Positions 60,426 to 64,000 of a DNA stretch of 64,000 nt are shown here, piece by piece. Below the pieces are notes generated by a model, which was not told the origin of the DNA, made no database searches, and saw only the letters and a list, made by a program, of their open reading frames with translations. The position numbers and the translations under genes are program-made. Every line of letters begins with the position of its first letter. Positions within the stretch are counted from its first letter, which is position 1. The DNA is taken from NCBI GenBank assembly GCA_977017645.1, contig OZ360245.1, positions 37,944,001-38,008,000 of the forward strand, given 5' to 3'. This stretch comes from Torpedo marmorata (lineage: Eukaryota).

Positions 60426-63400
60426 TTTTGGTGGGAAGATGGAATGGCTGAACTGTCTGAAGGTTCCATGATAAAAGTGCATTCAATAATTGTTTTCTTC
60501 CATCCATAGCTTTCGAGTGGATTTTGAGTTGTTTTGCAATGACTTGGCTATATGGATATACTGTACTTGTATTCCCGTAAATTATGGAGGAGGAAAGTGA
60601 ATGTGTTGATTGAAGCCTGCATTTTACAAATAAAATGACACAACAGTTATTACAAAGATGTATTGACGAGCTGCAATATTTTTTATATTTGGCATGTTAA
60701 ACTTTTCAAATTATATTTTGTTTGTGCTTGATTTTCATCCAAAATTGTTGAATTCTGTGTGCTCTAGGTTTATTTTTTGCAATTACGCAATCACATCATC
60801 AGGTTCTTGCTCCTTCACCTCTACTGGAGTCAACAACCCAATCTTGGGTGTGCTTCCTCGGGCACTGATAGCCCTTTGGTAAAATGCCCAGTGGGTACTC
60901 TTGTCAACTAAAATCGTCATTGTGAGCAGGGTTTGGAGGCAGATGCAGGATCACGTGAAAAGCGCTGGCTGTCCTCATCCATACACACAAGCACTGCGAC
61001 CTCGACCACTCGATAATAAACCGGAGCTGATTTTCCTGCTTCTGGCCATTGTTTGTTCTCCCTTGATGACATTAAGATTATTTATTGTCATGCAACAATA
61101 CACAAAATGTGTCAACTTTTGCTTGCCGTAAAGGCGCTCAAAGAGCCGCGACTCGCATTGCCCGGCAACCCCAACAATAAGAGAAAGAGAAGCAAAAGGG
61201 ACTCCCTTCAGAGACACGTTAGCTGACTCGATACGGACCAGGGACTGATCTGTTGCCTCTTCATGTTTTGTAAGTTCAAGTGACACACCATGAGGTTGAA
61301 ATTTATATGATCCTATTTTTGGTTGTTATTGGTCCATGGGGCAGTCTACAGCAACACAAACAAGACCTCAAGTGGTTGAATGCCCAGAGACTGAATCAGT
61401 CCCACCAAACAAACTCATTTGAGTAATTGATGAGATGTGTCACCTCTTGGCTGATTCACAAGCTGGTAAGAGTTTGTGTGATGACAGTGGTTGTCTTAAA
61501 GAACAGCAAATCTGAAAATGCCCTATTCCTTTTGTGAATAATAGTGTCACTGTGTGAAGGAACATGATTATAGAAAAGCCTCTGGCACAATTTGCCCTGC
61601 TCTCCAAACTAATAGAAGATCCATAGTGTCAATTATCTGACAGAAGAAAAAAAATCTAATTAACAAAATAAATTGATGCTCACACAAGTACAAAATACTC
61701 TTGTGAATTAGTGATACTTTAATTTGTGAATATGGATGATTGACGTGCTTCTGGTGAACCCCATGTTACAACACTCTAATGATATGCTTGAAAGCCTATT
61801 GTCATCTGATAAAAATTCTTGCAAAGCAAGTGACCAGTCCTACAAAATATGTGTGGGTGACATGAATTATCATATGTACTGGTGGTTAAAAAAAATCTTG
61901 AAATGGATCCTTGATAGTGGAAGTTGGTAAATTTAAAATGATATTTGTTCATTATGAAAGGAAGTGAAGGATCTAGATTTAAATTTAGCTAAGATTTTCT
62001 AAAGAGCAACAGATCTGATGTTATTGGTTTACAAATCTGAACTAGACCAATTTTTAGTTCTTGCGTGCTTCTTCATTATGTAACCATTGTGACAGTTGGA
62101 TCTATTTACAAGCATTCTAACCCTTTTTTTGTTTAGGAATTTGGCAATATCTTGAAACAGAATTCGAACCGGGGATATCCTCATAATATAATCTCTATTG
62201 TAGTAGGAGAATACCTTTTACCATGAGTATAATTAATATTGGAAGTTATGCAGATTCATTTATTTTCTGATCAATGATTTTGCAAAGAAAAATGATCCAA
62301 TTAGAATTAAGAGAGATTGAAGGAGAGTGTTCATTTAACTTATTAGAGATGCCACCATTGACAGACAAAGATAAAGGAATCCTATAATTTTGACAGAGCT
62401 ATTGCATAGTTCAATTCTGCTAATTTTGTTTGTATAGTCAATCGAACATGTGCTGTATTAAAAATTAAAGTGCCTTGATTTTTTTCTAGCTGAGACAGTG
62501 GACCGTCTGTTACAACACAGCAGACATGTAAAACCCAAGAGTCCATTACCATAGGTTACAGCAAATGTTAATCAGTACCAATGCAGTTAAATAATGCAGT
62601 TAGTACAGATGGCAGCTATTACATTCAGTTGCAGATGCGTCCTGCTGTCCCTAAGGCAGTCATATCACAGGAGTTGTCATTTACTGTCAGGGAGTATGCT
62701 GAGCAGCCTGTTGACTTTTTGTTAGGCTCTGCCATATAATCCAGTGAGAGAGTATGGCTCGCCTTTATTGTAATCACATGACCACAATTGTACTGCGTCA
62801 CAGAAATGAATGAATACATAACACAGTTTGATATTCATTTAAAGTCAAAAGGTTTCCTGCTAAGTGACATAAAAATAGTGAAATTTTTCACAGCTTACAA
62901 AATTGTTGAGTTTAGACCAGCTGAGAGATATGTGAAAATTCTCATATGCATGCAGCCAATTGGTCAAAAAATCATTCATGTTAAGTCCAGGAGCAAACTC
63001 TCCTAAGACAGGAACAAAGGTCCCAACCTGAAATGTTGACTGAGTATTTCTCTCTATGGACACTGCCTGACCTGCTGAGTCCCTCCAGCTTCTCTTTGTT
63101 CACTCAAGGAACAAAACTAAACTTGATGTTTCAGAATGCCGGCATTGGTGTAATGGGTGGTGACCCCAGAGACTGGCACTAAATATCTGTTGCATTCTGC
63201 AAAGGGTGCTTCTCCAGGGGAATGCCACACTGCAGGATCACCAATCTGGTACAGTGCCCGTACAGTAAAAGTGAGCCAGGAACCCTTATTTTCCATCTCA
63301 TGTTTCTCTATTTTGATTGGTCTTGGACACATTGTAATACACTTCTACCCTTTTAGCTCTGATCTTTAAGGTTTCCATAAGTTTCATCTCAACTATTAAA

Positions 63401-64000
63401 CTTCTGGGTTGACGTATACTCATTGTGAGCAGAAAGTGGATTAGGAAGCCATTGTGGATAACTGGAGAAAAAAATTGTCAACACCATTCTTGAGAACTTA
63501 AGGCTGCATTTAAGGTGTATTCTGGCGCAGGGAATGCCCTTCTTATGTGAGGAAAACCTGTCTTCTTGTACATTGTTCATGGTGAATTTTGAAGTTTCAA
63601 AGAGGCAATATAGCGTAAGTAGATACTGGAAATGTGATGATGCAGAAGTTATTCTTCTGACAAGTTTTAACTAACTATCTGGATAAGACCTGTGTTTCAA
63701 ATAACTTTGCTGCAATTGATTTAGAGTTCCTGATGCAAATAATGAATATAAAAATGTTTCATTCTCCAAGCATGTTCATAATCTTGTAAAAATTATGCCC
63801 ACAAAAATCATAAATGGGAGGGGGTAAGACGATATTGATCTTTTTACATGGCACACTGTCACATGCAGATTCCAGCACCATCTCTTCAGCAGCTAGAAAC
63901 GTTCTCTTTATAATTATTCTGGAAATGAAATACTTTCTGTGGAGCAAGAAAGGGCATGAATACATTCCCACCCTAGACTCCTTGTCGTGACAGCCCCTGT

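Overview
Eukaryotic, repeat-rich and almost entirely non-coding DNA. The repeat complement (V-SINE/HE1-type and Deu-domain SINEs, CR1, Rex1/Babar, L1/Tx1, RTE, abundant Penelope-like elements) points to a cartilaginous fish, probably a ray or shark; this is inference. No host gene can be named. One plausible 63-nt exon (34491-34553) and several CNE-like unique blocks suggest a long intron. The only long real ORF is a Penelope-like RT plus GIY-YIG protein (36311-38479, minus). It carries inactivating lesions, has an inverted 3' copy, and is nested in a CR1 LINE. Main highlights: (i) a perfect 125-bp palindrome inside a (TA)n/(CA)n tract carrying a canonical hammerhead ribozyme on both strands; (ii) a young Penelope family with a minimal variant hammerhead and many tail-to-tail hairpin insertions; (iii) a ~3-kb 24-bp satellite apparently born inside a Deu-domain SINE and split by a Harbinger MITE; (iv) a 5S-derived SINE, two solo LTRs, several MITEs, and local duplication/inversion scars. 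All calls were made by eye, and boundaries of degraded repeats are approximate.
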